Assembly: GCA_963833125.1 (NCBI GenBank)
Contig: CAWHWX010000016.1
Coordinates: forward strand, 192,001-256,000
DNA: 64,000 nucleotides
Reading direction: 5' to 3'
Origin: Candidatus Bathyarchaeota archaeon
Lineage (GTDB): Archaea > Thermoproteota > Bathyarchaeia > 40CM-2-53-6
How positions within the stretch are numbered: the stretch's first letter is position 1; each line of letters starts with the position of its first letter. Below are positions 29,778 to 40,705 of this stretch, in pieces. The position numbers and the translations under genes are program-made. The notes under the pieces are model-generated. The model was not told the origin of the DNA. It did not search any database and was given only the letters and a program-made list of their open reading frames with translations.

Positions 29778-30992
29778 CTATCGTTTCAGCTCCTCTGGCG
29801 GTTTTAGCCTTCGGAAACTTCCATAGATGAGGGCGTCATAGACTAGTTTCAACATTCCCGCCGCGAAAAGCGGCGTGCCGATCCAAACGTTGGCCATAGC
29901 GTAGCCGGCTAGGGAGGGGCTAATTGATTGTGAGATACTTCGTGAGACGTTTGTGAGGCCAGCAGCAGGAGTTCTATCCGATTCATCAACGACCGCCATA
30001 ACATAAGATTGCCGCGTGGGGACATCCATCTGCGAGAGGGATTGTCTACAAAAAAGCAACAACACACCTCCAATCGCACTCGGCGCGAACGGAACACTCG
30101 CTAGCAAAACGTTCGATGGGATGTGACTGTAAACCATCGTCTTCAAAAGGCCCAACCGCCTTGCGATTCGTTCCGCAGCCAGGAATGAGAACGCGGTGAT
30201 AATTTGAGTTCCAAAAAAGATCAACCCGAGAACTGAGTCGTTTAGTCCAAACCTCAAATAGAAATAATAAGCCAGAATGCTCTGGCCGATCAACCCGCCC
30301 CCGAACGCGTCTATCGCGAAGAGTCCTGCCAATTTTTGGACTATAGGCTTGGACTTCTCAGATAGTACGGCATGTTTCTTCGCCGCGTTCTTGAGTTCAA
30401 CTTTCTTCGACAACCTGGAATAGAGCAAGCTACCAACGAGGCCGGAGGCTAAGTAAGCAGCGAATAGTGGTCGATATCCAACTGCCCCCGTTCCTATGTA
30501 TTGGGACAGACCGGACATCAAAGCTCCAACCGCTGACGCCCCGTAGCCCACTAGGTTGTAGACCGTGAACGCCAAGGTTCGGTGCTTTGAGTCACATGTC
30601 TGCGGTATGATCGCTTGTTCTATACTAAGGAAGGGGCCAACTTCGCCCGCACCAACCGTCATGTTCCCAACGATTCCAGCGATGATGGGAGCCCACCAAG
30701 CGGCGGACAAAAACAAAACGGACCCGGCTATGAAGTCCATCAATGCGAAAATAATGAGCGTTCGCTTTCGTCCGAACCTATCTGCGACGAAACTTATTCC
30801 TAAAGTGTAGACTGCGCTAGTGAAGACGGTGATAGTGAGTACGACGCCTATTGCAAAAGGTTGGAACCCAAGTTGGGCCATGTAAACTCCGAATATCACT
30901 CCGAGAAACCCATAAGGTATCGTGCGGACGACTTTCTCGATGAAAATTAGTTTGCCATCTCTGTCGAGCCATTTGGAATCCAAAAAAATCAC
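29778..30992 (-). CDS. MFS transporter (ChrB-associated type)
   Basis: ADRFGRKR MFS motif, EVGPF, SQMDVPTRQSY, about 12 TM helices. Confidence 0.88.
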   Translation of the reverse strand: MIFLDSKWLDRDGKLIFIEKVVRTIPYGFLGVIFGVYMAQLGFQPFAIGVVLTITVFTSAVYTLGISFVADRFGRKRTLIIFALMDFIAGSVLFLSAAWWAPIIAGIVGNMTVGAGEVGPFLSIEQAIIPQTCDSKHRTLAFTVYNLVGYGASAVGALMSGLSQYIGTGAVGYRPLFAAYLASGLVGSLLYSRLSKKVELKNAAKKHAVLSEKSKPIVQKLAGLFAIDAFGGGLIGQSILAYYFYLRFGLNDSVLGLIFFGTQIITAFSFLAAERIARRLGLLKTMVYSHIPSNVLLASVPFAPSAIGGVLLLFCRQSLSQMDVPTRQSYVMAVVDESDRTPAAGLTNVSRSISQSISPSLAGYAMANVWIGTPLFAAGMLKLVYDALIYGSFRRLKPPEELKR

Positions 30993-31034
30993 ATTTCTTG
31001 AGAACGTGTATCACTTCTTCCCCAGCATCAGTTT

Positions 31035-31487
31035 CTATTCGCTAGAGCCTTTTTGCAATCTTAGTTCACAATGCTTGTAGAGCCCGTCGTATAACGGAAA
31101 TTGCAGTTTCATGTTTTCGAAGTCGTCGTGGGAGATTTCCCTAAACCCTTCTGCAGCTGCTTCTAGGCCCGCGGACTCTGCAGCAGGTTCTCGTATCTTT
31201 GCGTCCGCCCCTCGGACTATATTTGCAAGTTCTCTTAGGGCCGGATCGATGAGATTGTATTTTCGCATTATCGCGTCGAAACTAACATATTCCTTTCCAT
31301 CTTCCTGGTAATGAGTTAACTCCACACCTTGCGCGTCAAACGGGATGGCGCCTTCGGTATTGGCTACCTCCTGCACTTTATCCTTCGGAACGAAGAGAAA
31401 CTGCGCTTTTTCATCAACGAAATGTGTTATCAGCCATGGACAAGCGATTCTATCGACTTTTGCTTTCTCACGAGTGACCCACTTCAT
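31035..31487 (-). CDS. chrB: Chromate-resistance ChrB C-terminal-domain protein
   Basis: MKWVTR...VDRIACPWLI..FVD, AIPFD, IVRGAD, YDGLY. Confidence 0.85.
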   Translation of the reverse strand: MKWVTREKAKVDRIACPWLITHFVDEKAQFLFVPKDKVQEVANTEGAIPFDAQGVELTHYQEDGKEYVSFDAIMRKYNLIDPALRELANIVRGADAKIREPAAESAGLEAAAEGFREISHDDFENMKLQFPLYDGLYKHCELRLQKGSSE

Positions 31488-31583
31488 TAGGGATACAACC
31501 GCGCCTGACGCGCACACGTGTGTGATTTAAGTAGAAGCTTTTGTGTTCCCGTCTTCCATAGCTTTCAGTAAGTCTCTGGAGAG

Positions 31584-32199
31584 TTGGAAATGAGTTCCCC
31601 GTTGAAATCGTCTTCATACATTTTGGTGGTTATCGAACGGGGGCAAGTAGCCGATGTAGTGCGAACGGTGAAGGAGATACCACAGGTCGAGGAGGGGGCA
31701 CTTCTCCTCGGCAGATATGACCTTCTAGTACGCGTCGGGCATTATGATAGAACCGGTCTGTACAAGGTTGTTTCAGAAATTCGCTCCATGCAGGGTATAA
31801 AATCCACAAGCACGCATATTCCATTTGAGGGCTTCACTAAAGAATATGTCGTCGATGAGAATGACGCTTTGGCAATTTCTCTCCTGCGCTCCCAAGGTTC
31901 GCTGCCGACGGTTCTCTCCCAGTTGAAGGAGCTTACGTCATGTTGTAGAAGGACACATAATTCCCGGCGATTGGGATCTGCTCCTGATTCTACATAGCAA
32001 GAATGTTGAGCAAATCCTGGAAACCGCGGTCAACCAATTTGAAGGTGTGCATGGAATCACGAAAACTGAAACATTAATCGCTCGCCAATATTTCCGCCGA
32101 ACACCGGACGCAACGGTCTCCGTCGGAACATTCGTCCCGCAATACGCATTCGATAGATTGAAAGATGGAACGGTTCTTGGGGCACAAGCCGTATCATAG
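31584..32199 (+). CDS. Tandem Lrp/AsnC ligand-binding (RAM) domain protein without HTH (frameshift near 31938)
   Basis: Two repeats: LLGRYDLLVRV...GIKSTSTHI and IIPGDWDLLL...GITKTETLI. Confidence 0.75.
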
Positions 32200-32329
32200 C
32201 ATCGCCAATTCAAACGCTGCTACAGGATGAAGGATTGTATCCAGACGTTCGACTAGGTGGCAGCATATCGAAAAGAACATGTGCCGACATCTGGGAGATG
32301 GTTTCGTAACCCGGAGTCTGGTGGGGTAG

Positions 32330-32917
32330 TTGAAAGCCGAAGACGACAACAAGGTGAAGACTAAGCCACCCCTGCCTCCCGAAGACGGCCCGGAAACGGT
32401 TCAGGATGAATTGCTTGAGGCGGTTATGCAAAAACAGGAAAGCGAGAGAAAAGCAGCGGAGTACCTTGACCGGCTTAAGAGACTACAGGCAGACATGGAG
32501 AACGTACAGAAGATTACTCGGCGGCAAGTTCATGAAGTAACTTCGCAGGCTTCCGAAAGGTTGCTAACCAAACTTCTACCGACCCTCGATTCCTTGCAAC
32601 AAGCCGTAAATGCCTCCACTACAGGCAACCCGCAGTTCGCTGACGAGGCTGCAGTTGGTTTAAGGCTCCTTCAGAAACAGCTAATCGAGGTACTTCAGAG
32701 CGAAGGATTGGAAGAAATCTCTGCTATTGGCAAACCGCTGGATCCGGAGTTGCACGAAGTCGTCAGTTACGTAGAGACCGATGAGAAACCCGAGAACATT
32801 GTTGTGGAGGAGATCCAGAGAGGTTACACTCTCAATGGCAAGGTAATTAGACCTAGTTTTGTCGTGGTCAGCAAGCACCCGCAGAAAAATGACCCTACTC
32901 AGGCTGCAAGCGGGTAG
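32330..32917 (+). CDS. grpE: Nucleotide exchange factor GrpE
   Basis: RLQADMEN, LDPELHE, QRGYTLNGKVIRP. Confidence 0.93.
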   Translation: MKAEDDNKVKTKPPLPPEDGPETVQDELLEAVMQKQESERKAAEYLDRLKRLQADMENVQKITRRQVHEVTSQASERLLTKLLPTLDSLQQAVNASTTGNPQFADEAAVGLRLLQKQLIEVLQSEGLEEISAIGKPLDPELHEVVSYVETDEKPENIVVEEIQRGYTLNGKVIRPSFVVVSKHPQKNDPTQAASG

Positions 32918-32953
32918 TCCCACAAGGTTTTTGAATTAAATCCTCGTTCCCTT

Positions 32954-32968
32954 GTTACGTCTAGTAAC
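32954..32968. promoter_or_regulatory. Putative heat-shock operator GTTAC-N5-GTAAC upstream of dnaK
   Basis: Perfect core palindrome between a TATA-like element (32928-32941) and RBS AGGTGA. Confidence 0.7.
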
Positions 32969-32985
32969 TAAAGGTGACATGAAAC

Positions 32986-34878
32986 TTGCCAAAGATCATT
33001 GGAATAGACCTTGGAACGAGTAATTCGGCCGCCGCGGCCATAATCGCCGGCCGTCCTACAATCATACCGAGCGCCGAAGGCACATCCGTCGCTGGGAAGG
33101 CGTTTCCGTCATATGTTGCCTTCACTAAGGATGGGCAGCTACTCGTTGGTGAACCTGCCAGGCGTCAAGCAGTTTCGAACCCAGAAGGCACTGTCATGGC
33201 GATCAAGCGCAAAATGGGCACCGATTACAAAGTCAAAATCTACGGTAAGGAATACACGCCACAACAAATTTCCGCATTTATTCTTCAGAAGATCAAACGG
33301 GATGCCGAGGCATTCCTGGCAGACAAAGTGGAGAAAGCCGTCATCACCGTGCCCGCATACTTCAATGACAACCAACGTCAGGCAACCAAAGACGCAGGCT
33401 CAATCGCGGGTCTTGAGGTAGTCCGAATAATCAACGAACCGACGGCAGCATCACTAGCGTACGGAATGGACCGTCCCGAGAAGGAAATGAAAATAATGGT
33501 TTTTGATTTGGGCGGCGGAACACTCGACGTGACACTTATGGAAGTTGGGCCCTCGAAAGACGAGACGGGAAAAGTGACTCCAGTCTTCACGGTTCTTGCC
33601 ACCAACGGAGACACACAGCTTGGTGGAACCGACATGGACAATGCAATCATCGATTATATCGCTGACGAATTCAAGAAAACAAACGGAATCGATCTTCGAA
33701 ACGATAAGGTCGCCATCCAACGCGTTAGGGAGGCCGGGGAGAAAGCGAAAATCGAACTCTCAACCGTCCTCACAACAGACATCAACCTGCCCTTCATCTC
33801 CGCCGATGCCTCAGGCGCCAAGCATCTAACCATGACGATGACTCGAGGCAAATTGGAAGAACTTGTCCGATCCCACCATAGACAGATGCCGAGGCCCGCT
33901 CGACCGCAGCCCTCACCGATTCCAAGCTTACACCAAAGGAAATCTCGAAGATCATCATGGTAGGCGGGCCTACTCGTATGCCAATCGTGAGAAAGTTCGT
34001 AGAAGACTACATGGGTAAAGGAGTTGAGAGTGGAGTTGATCCAATGGAATGCGTCGCGATGGGCGCTGCGATACAGGCCGGGTGTAATCGCAGGTGATGT
34101 CCACGATCTCCTTCTTCTCGATGTGACGCCACTGTCGCTCGGTGTCGAAACACTGGGCGGGGTTCTCACAAAACTAGTCGAAAGGAACACGACCATCCCT
34201 ACGAAGCGTACTCAAGTTTTCTCAACCGCCGCTGACTTCCAAACCACCGTCACTGTGCATGTGCTACAGGGAGAACGGCCTATGGCTTCGGATAACGTGT
34301 CACTCGGAATGTTCAACCTATCAGGCATTCCGCCAGCACCGAGAGGAGTTCCACAAATCGAAGTAACATTCGACATAGACGCTAACGGCATTCTAAGCGT
34401 AGCCGCCAAAGACCTTGCAACGAACAAAGAGCAGAAGATCACCATCACCGCCACAACCAAACTTCCCAAAGACGAGATTGAAAAGATGGTGAAACAGGCC
34501 GACCAGTTTGCTGCGGAGGATCTGAAGCGTAAGGAGGAGGCAGAACTTAGGAATTCAGCTGATAACTTGATCTACAGCGCTGAAAGGTTGACCAAAGAGT
34601 TAGCAGGCAAAGTGTCGAAAGAGCAATCCGAGCAAATTACCAGGGCCATCTCCGAACTTCGCGAATCCCTTGCCGGTAAGGACCTCGGAGCCATAAAACA
34701 GAAATTTGAAGCACTGCAGAAGATCTTGCAAGATGTCGGAACCGCTGCATATCAGCAAGTTTCTCAGCAGAAAGCGGGCACAGCAGGCGAACCTGGATCA
34801 ACGTCTCCACCTCCGCCGGGTGAGCAGAAAGAACAACCCGTCGATGTTGATTACAAGGTCGTAGATGATAAAAAGTAG
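32986..34878 (+). CDS. dnaK: Chaperone DnaK/Hsp70 (frameshifts about 33870-34080)
   Basis: [50 protein letters not shown]. Confidence 0.96.
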
Positions 34879-34902
34879 CGATGATATTGCGGCAGATCAG
34901 TA

Positions 34903-35989
34903 TTGTCGAAGCGTGACTATTACGATATACTTGGCGTGCAGCGGAACGCAACCAAGGACGAGATCAAATCCGAATATCGAAAACTAGCGGTAAAGTATCA
35001 CCCCGACCGGAACAAATCTCCCGACGCCGAGAGTAAATTCAAAGAAATCTCCGAAGCGTACGCAATCCTTTCAGACGATGAAAAACGGACGCAATATGAC
35101 CAGTTCGGCCACGCCGGAATCGACAATCGATACTCGACCGAGGATATCTTCCGCGGCGTCAATTTTGACGAGATCCTTAGGGACATCGGCTTCGGGTTCG
35201 GAGGCGGTTTCGGATCTATCTTTGACACATTTTTCGGGGGCAGACCAGTCGCGTGGACCCCAGCGAGGACAGGACATACGGTACGATATCGAGATATCTC
35301 TTGAACAGGCCTACGCGGGATTGGGGACCGAGATCGAGGTTCCTAGAACCGAACGATGCTCAGAATGCAACGGCTCAGGCGCCAAACCCGGTACTTCTCC
35401 GAAGAAGTGCCCAGAATGCGAGGCGCAGGACAAGTTCAACACGTCCAGAACGCAGGCTTCATACATTTCGCGCGAATTGAGCCATGTCAGGAAGTGCCGC
35501 GGTAAGGGGACAATAATGGAGAAACCCTGCAACCAATGTCATGGAGCAGGAATCGTCGAGCGTAACCGTCGTATCTCAGTAAAGATTCCGCAGGGCGTAG
35601 ACACTGGCTCCCAGCTACTCCTACGTGGCGAGGGAGACGCCCCTAACGGGAGCGGCCGACGAGGCGACCTATACGTCGTCGTTCACGTCAAATCGCATCA
35701 AACGTTTCGAAGAGAAGGGAATGATTTGATATGTAATGTGGACGTGAGTTTCTCTAGAGCGGCCCTAGGCGGTGATGTGCAGGTGCCAACATTGGATGGG
35801 CCAGCCAACATCATGGTGCCCGCCGGCACCCAAAGTGGAGCAATTTTCAGACTGAGAAAGAAAGGAATGCCGGAAATTCGCGAAAACGGTAAAGGCGACG
35901 AACTGGTGGTCGTCCAAGTTAAGACGCCAACAAATTTGACATCACATCAAAAGGAACTTGTTCAAGAGCTTTCCCGAGAGGGGCTCTGA
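34903..35989 (+). CDS. dnaJ: Chaperone DnaJ (frameshifted)
   Basis: J domain with HPD, G/F region, CxxCxGxG repeats, C-terminal domain. Confidence 0.95.
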
Positions 35990-36002
35990 TCAGCCTCCAG
36001 TA

Positions 36003-36800
36003 TTATGGTCTAAGGAATGAAAACAACCTTCGATGAAGCCGCGGTCCGCCCGCTATTATTGAGCGTGAAAGACTTTCCCAACTTCCGCCCAACGAGTTCG
36101 TTATTCTCCCTCCGGCTTCTTCAACTATCAACGAACCAGCAAGCGGTTCATGAACGGGAGACTTGCGAAACACAGTGATCAATCCATCAAATCTTCCCGA
36201 CGCTACTGAACAAAGGTTCAACGCAATGCTTCCGGGCGATCGCAAGCTCCGTGTATACCTGTAGAGTCTCTTCTCTAACCCTAACGGGTCAGGTATCGAA
36301 GGCTCAGGCTCCCACCACTCGAAGATGAGAGCCGAGTTACGAAGCGCAGTTGCACTTGAGGCTCTGATCTTCTTTCCGTTTAGGAATGCTCCCTCCCCTC
36401 GGCTCGCCGTGAACATCTCTTCCAGTATTGGGTCGTAAATTGCTCCAACCACTGTCCTCCCACCCACCCTCACGCCGATCGAAACCGCGAAGTGCGGTAT
36501 TCGCTTTGCAAAGTTGAGTGTGCCATCCAGCGGATCCACTGCCCAGGTCACGTCGCCTGAACCAAACTGAACTCTGCCCGCCTCTTCGGAAACAACCGTG
36601 CCCTTGACCCCACTCCTCCGGATCCTTGAAAGAATCAATTTTTCTGATTCTAAGTCGGCATTAGTGACGATACTTCCAGCGTAATCGTACTTTCGTCGTA
36701 TCGATAATTTTCGCCGAAAGAGTGCTTTCAGCCTCTTTCCAGCTTCCTCAGCAGCGGACTCAGCCACTACAAGGAGAAAATCTGAATCGGGCTGTGGCAT
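36003..36800 (-). CDS. suhB: Inositol monophosphatase/FBPase family protein
   Basis: VTNAD, SEE, WAVDPLDGTLNF, LIVEEAGG. Confidence 0.88.
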   Translation of the reverse strand: MPQPDSDFLLVVAESAAEEAGKRLKALFRRKLSIRRKYDYAGSIVTNADLESEKLILSRIRRSGVKGTVVSEEAGRVQFGSGDVTWAVDPLDGTLNFAKRIPHFAVSIGVRVGGRTVVGAIYDPILEEMFTASRGEGAFLNGKKIRASSATALRNSALIFEWWEPEPSIPDPLGLEKRLYRYTRSLRSPGSIALNLCSVASGRFDGLITVFRKSPVHEPLAGSLIVEEAGGRITNSLGGSWESLSRSIIAGGPRLHRRLFSFLRP

Positions 36801-36807
36801 GTTCCAT

Positions 36808-37038
36808 CTATCCTGCCTGAAGGCCATCGACTAGTGCTCTCTGTCCTCTGCTCAACCATTCTTCCATAAGATCCATTACGAGAATCCCTACGCCAATGAG
36901 AATGAGAATCAAACCGACCGCAGCGAAGATTATCCAGTTCAGAGTCGGTGCATGTGACATCACCAGGATTGCTGAGAAGGCGAGGAGCAACACGCCGACA
37001 ACTATTAGAGAAATGGCGGCGGTCCCTCGATACCTCAA
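36808..37038 (-). CDS. Small two-TM membrane protein
   Basis: Two hydrophobic helices; abuts suhB. Confidence 0.55.
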   Translation of the reverse strand: MRYRGTAAISLIVVGVLLLAFSAILVMSHAPTLNWIIFAAVGLILILIGVGILVMDLMEEWLSRGQRALVDGLQAG

Positions 37039-37105
37039 GATTATTCGCGATGGGTCACCCTTTAGAACGTTTTAAAGTTCCCTAATGTCAAGTGAGGTTC
37101 GTTAA

Positions 37106-37606
37106 GTGATCAGGATGGATTGGCTTCCGGAATTCGTCCAAGAATATCTGAGTTTCAAAGGAAAATGCTTTAGGCATTGCGACAAACACACTTCAATGAA
37201 AGTGTTGGTCGAGGACCCGACACGGGTCGTAGGGGCCTACGTTTGCCCTGATGCATTCGTATCCCAAGTTGTCTATTTCAGCCAAAAACCTGACCTGAAA
37301 TGGTTCACCGACAAGCTGACAAGCGAAGTCGGACGGGAGAACTTTACAGCCAACGACGTTCGAGTCGCCTCACGACACGGATGGGAACTTGGGGGAAAAG
37401 CCCTTGAAACTCTCGAAGAAAAGGCCGGAAGCAATTCGACGATCACTGAGGCCTATTGGACTAGATATGCACAGACGGATGCTGAGAAAGAGGTCGCCAT
37501 TTCCCTTTGCATTGGCGACCGGTCGCGGCTAGGATGCTTGAAACTCTTTGCACACGCCCGCGAGTTGGTTGAGAGCTTTTGCCCGACTTGTAAATCCAAA
37601 ATCTAG
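37106..37606 (+). CDS. Hypothetical Cys-containing protein
   Basis: 166-aa ORF with CFRHC, YVCP, C-terminal CPTC; GAGG RBS. Confidence 0.65.
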   Translation: MIRMDWLPEFVQEYLSFKGKCFRHCDKHTSMKVLVEDPTRVVGAYVCPDAFVSQVVYFSQKPDLKWFTDKLTSEVGRENFTANDVRVASRHGWELGGKALETLEEKAGSNSTITEAYWTRYAQTDAEKEVAISLCIGDRSRLGCLKLFAHARELVESFCPTCKSKI

Positions 37607-37625
37607 CGTGTATTTGACGTATGGG

Positions 37626-37970
37626 CTAGTTCGTTTTCTTAGAGCTCTTTAGCTTGGACTGGTAGTATTGACTTGCGAAGAAGTCATCCCAGCGAGCCCT
37701 TGTCACGTCAACGGCTTCCGAGAATCCTGTAAAGACATGTTTGATTTTACCATCCTCCTCGAAGAACACTTGAGGAATGAGATAATCATCAGAGGGATCT
37801 CCATAGTCGTTGACCAAGGAATCTGCAATCCTCTCCTGCTCCGGGTCGTCTATGTCAAGCAGCCGCAACTCAACTCCGAGTTGTTTGGCCATCAGTTCGC
37901 CCTTCTCTGACGAGAGGGGGACACAGTGGGGACACCATTGGGCAACCACGATTGTAATTCTATCCAGCAT
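37626..37970 (-). CDS. Thioredoxin/glutaredoxin-fold protein
   Basis: WCPHC, LDID, cis-Pro IPQ motif. Confidence 0.8.
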   Translation of the reverse strand: MLDRITIVVAQWCPHCVPLSSEKGELMAKQLGVELRLLDIDDPEQERIADSLVNDYGDPSDDYLIPQVFFEEDGKIKHVFTGFSEAVDVTRARWDDFFASQYYQSKLKSSKKTN

Positions 37971-38053
37971 GAGGAAACATCACACTATATCACAGTCGAA
38001 AAGGTACATTTACCTTTAATCCTCACCTTAGTGGTTTCAAGGTCAGACCTGAA

Positions 38054-38728
38054 ATGAACGACGACCGCTTCGCGAAGGCAATAGTGATTAGCGATTTTGA
38101 CGGGACGATTGTCAACGTCGATACAGCACAGGTAGCCTTGGATCTCTTCGCAGACCCCAAGTGGAAGCTGATAGATGAAGCCCTTGAGAAGGGCGAACTT
38201 TCGTTTGAAGACTCTCTGCAGCAGCAATACGCCATGATTCGAGTCTCACAGGAAACCATCCTAGAACAGCTGGATCGGGTCGCTGTTCTCAGGCCGAACT
38301 TTGGGAGGCTAGTCGAGCATTGTACGTCAAATAACCTACCGCTCGTGGTTGCGAGCGGAGGGTTCGACTTTTGCATCCGTCACTTTCTCAATCGAGATGA
38401 GTGGTTGAAATTCATACAGATTTACGCTCCCACATCGCGATTCACTGAAAATGGTTACGCTCTAACCTTTCCGAAAATTATCTCCCCCTCTTCAATAAAC
38501 TTCAAAGACGATTTGGTCAGCCAGGAAAAGTTGAAGGGCAAACGAGTTTTCTTCGTCGGAAATGGGTTTGGTGATTATCCCGCTGCTAAAGAATCGGACG
38601 TTGCGTTTGCTATCAAGGCTTCGAGACTGGCAGAACTTTGCAGAGATGGCAACGTTCCACACAAAGAAATAGATGACTTCCAGGAAGTCGTCGACGTTTT
38701 GAGTGTTCAGTTCCGTGCGGGTCCTTGA
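38054..38728 (+). CDS. HAD-IB phosphatase (MtnX-like)
   Basis: SDFDGTI, VASGG, K, GNGFGD. Confidence 0.85.
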   Translation: MNDDRFAKAIVISDFDGTIVNVDTAQVALDLFADPKWKLIDEALEKGELSFEDSLQQQYAMIRVSQETILEQLDRVAVLRPNFGRLVEHCTSNNLPLVVASGGFDFCIRHFLNRDEWLKFIQIYAPTSRFTENGYALTFPKIISPSSINFKDDLVSQEKLKGKRVFFVGNGFGDYPAAKESDVAFAIKASRLAELCRDGNVPHKEIDDFQEVVDVLSVQFRAGP

Positions 38729-38776
38729 AAATAAGTTTTATTTGACTTACGATTACCCGACTCGCAGTGAAATAGA

Positions 38777-39667
38777 ATGATCGTGATTGGGGGGCCAACC
38801 TCCGAAGCCCTGGCGTCAAAGGTCGCAAAGGAATTGGGTGTTGAGTTAGGAGGATTGGAGGTTCGGAGATTTCCCGACGGTGAGAAATATCTCAGAGTCC
38901 TTAGTGAGGTAAACGGTCAAACAGTTGCTGTTGTTCAGTCAATTCATCATACGCCGGACGAATTGTTGTTCGAATACCTTCTGATGGCTGACGCTTTGAA
39001 GGATCTAGGCGCCAAGAGGGTCATTGCCTTCATACCTTATTTCGCCTACGCGAGGCAGGACGAACGCTTCAAGCCCGGTGAGGCGTTGAGTTTCAAAACC
39101 GTGAGCAAACTGATCGAATGCGTAGGAACCGACGAAATCTACACGATTGACATGCATCAGCATCGAGTCGTTAAGTCCTCTGACGCCTTCAGAATCCCCG
39201 CCCACAACCTCTCCGCTATGACACTTTTAGCAGATTACGTGAGGAAAGGTGGAAAGCTGGAGAAACCTCTTGTGATTGGCCCAGATGCGGAGGCTGAACA
39301 GTGGGCGAAGATTGCGGCGGAAAGGTTGGGGACTGATTACGATGTTTTTGAGAAGAGAAGGTTGGGCGACGCTCATGTTGAGGTTCGTCCTAGAAAATCG
39401 AATGCTCATGGACGCGACGTGTTGATCGTTGATGACATCATCAGCACCGGGGGCACGATTGTAGAAGCGGTGAAGATCCTAAAGTCCCAAGGTGCTCAGA
39501 AAATACAAGTCGCATGTACCCATGCGATACTAGCACCAGGGGCCCTCGACAAGATCAATTCCGCTGGAGTACAAGACGTAGTTGGAACCGATACCGTCCC
39601 AAGCCCAATCAGCCGCGTCACGGTTGCGCCACTCATCGCCGACCAGTTGAGGAAGACAGCTAACTAA
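38777..39667 (+). CDS. prs: Ribose-phosphate pyrophosphokinase
   Basis: FPDGE, PYFAYARQD, GPD, IVDDIISTGGT, THA, TDT. Confidence 0.94.
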   Translation: MIVIGGPTSEALASKVAKELGVELGGLEVRRFPDGEKYLRVLSEVNGQTVAVVQSIHHTPDELLFEYLLMADALKDLGAKRVIAFIPYFAYARQDERFKPGEALSFKTVSKLIECVGTDEIYTIDMHQHRVVKSSDAFRIPAHNLSAMTLLADYVRKGGKLEKPLVIGPDAEAEQWAKIAAERLGTDYDVFEKRRLGDAHVEVRPRKSNAHGRDVLIVDDIISTGGTIVEAVKILKSQGAQKIQVACTHAILAPGALDKINSAGVQDVVGTDTVPSPISRVTVAPLIADQLRKTAN

Positions 39668-40614
39668 CCAAGATACTTCATTAGCGCAGTCCGATTAGGA
39701 CTCCCGCGTGTCTCAGGTCTTGTGGCGTTTAGTCCTGCTGTGAAGTTAGCCCACTTCAGGGCCTCCAACTCAGGTCGGCGCTCGCTTATTGCGGCTACAA
39801 AGGCGCCAAGAAAAGCGTCGCCACAGCCTACCGTATTTACGACCCTCAATCCAGCCCGCTTCAAGTCTAAGCCTGGTGACACGATCCTTTTCTTTTCGCT
39901 GTACATTACGGAGCCCTTAGCCCCCAGTTTCATTATCACCTTGAGGTTTGGGTTGGCGCGCTGGAGTTTGCGTGCTGCCCTAGCTTGGGTCTTCGTTCCT
40001 GTTAGAAATCCAACTTCGGATTCGTTGGCCAAAAAATAGTCGACGTTTCGCAGAAGCGAACTTATTGTGTCGTAGCCCAACTGGGACTTAACGCCGGGAT
40101 CCCAAGCCACAATCTTGCCCATCTTCTTGGCTAATTGGGCCAGCTTTAGCGATGTCGGGAATGGTGGATCCATAATAGTGATTATGCTCGCGTTTTCAAT
40201 CAGATTACGCCGGTTGGCATCGTCTAGATCTTCGGGCAGAATCGTTGCATTTGCTCCAAAATAGGTGTGGATCACATTTTCGCCCGTTTTATCCACGACA
40301 ATGTGGGCTTGCCCAGATTGAATTGAGTCGTTGCGTTTTAGTCCTGAACAGTCTACTCCTTCCTCCTTGAAGATTCTTGTATGCTCCGAGGCGACCCAAT
40401 CGTTACCTACCGCGCCCATGATCGCCACGTTGTTAGGGCCTAGAAGTCTCGCAGCCGCAACAGCGGCATTTCCTCCTTTTCCTCCCGGGAGGTGGCTGAT
40501 TTTGCGAACAACCACCTCTACACCTCGTCGAGGGAACTTATCCACGAAGAGTGTCGTGTCCCAGTTTATCGCTCCTACAACGACCGTGGTAACCATGGAT
40601 GAGCCCGCACCCAC
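39664..40614 (-). CDS. PfkB/ribokinase-family sugar kinase
   Basis: PGGKGGNAA, GAVGND, NESE, VVNTVGCGDAF. Confidence 0.9.
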   Translation of the reverse strand: MGAGSSMVTTVVVGAINWDTTLFVDKFPRRGVEVVVRKISHLPGGKGGNAAVAAARLLGPNNVAIMGAVGNDWVASEHTRIFKEEGVDCSGLKRNDSIQSGQAHIVVDKTGENVIHTYFGANATILPEDLDDANRRNLIENASIITIMDPPFPTSLKLAQLAKKMGKIVAWDPGVKSQLGYDTISSLLRNVDYFLANESEVGFLTGTKTQARAARKLQRANPNLKVIMKLGAKGSVMYSEKKRIVSPGLDLKRAGLRVVNTVGCGDAFLGAFVAAISERRPELEALKWANFTAGLNATRPETRGSPNRTALMKYLG

Positions 40615-40705
40615 TATGGTGGACCCAGATTTCCTTTTATGTTTAGGTCCTACGATTGTGGTTCATCTGAGAAAGCGTGGTCGTAAGGTCGCGTAGGCGA
40701 GCAAG

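Noticed and set aside
29778-31487. chrB-MFS pair as novel
   Set aside because: A pairing already familiar from many prokaryotic genomes
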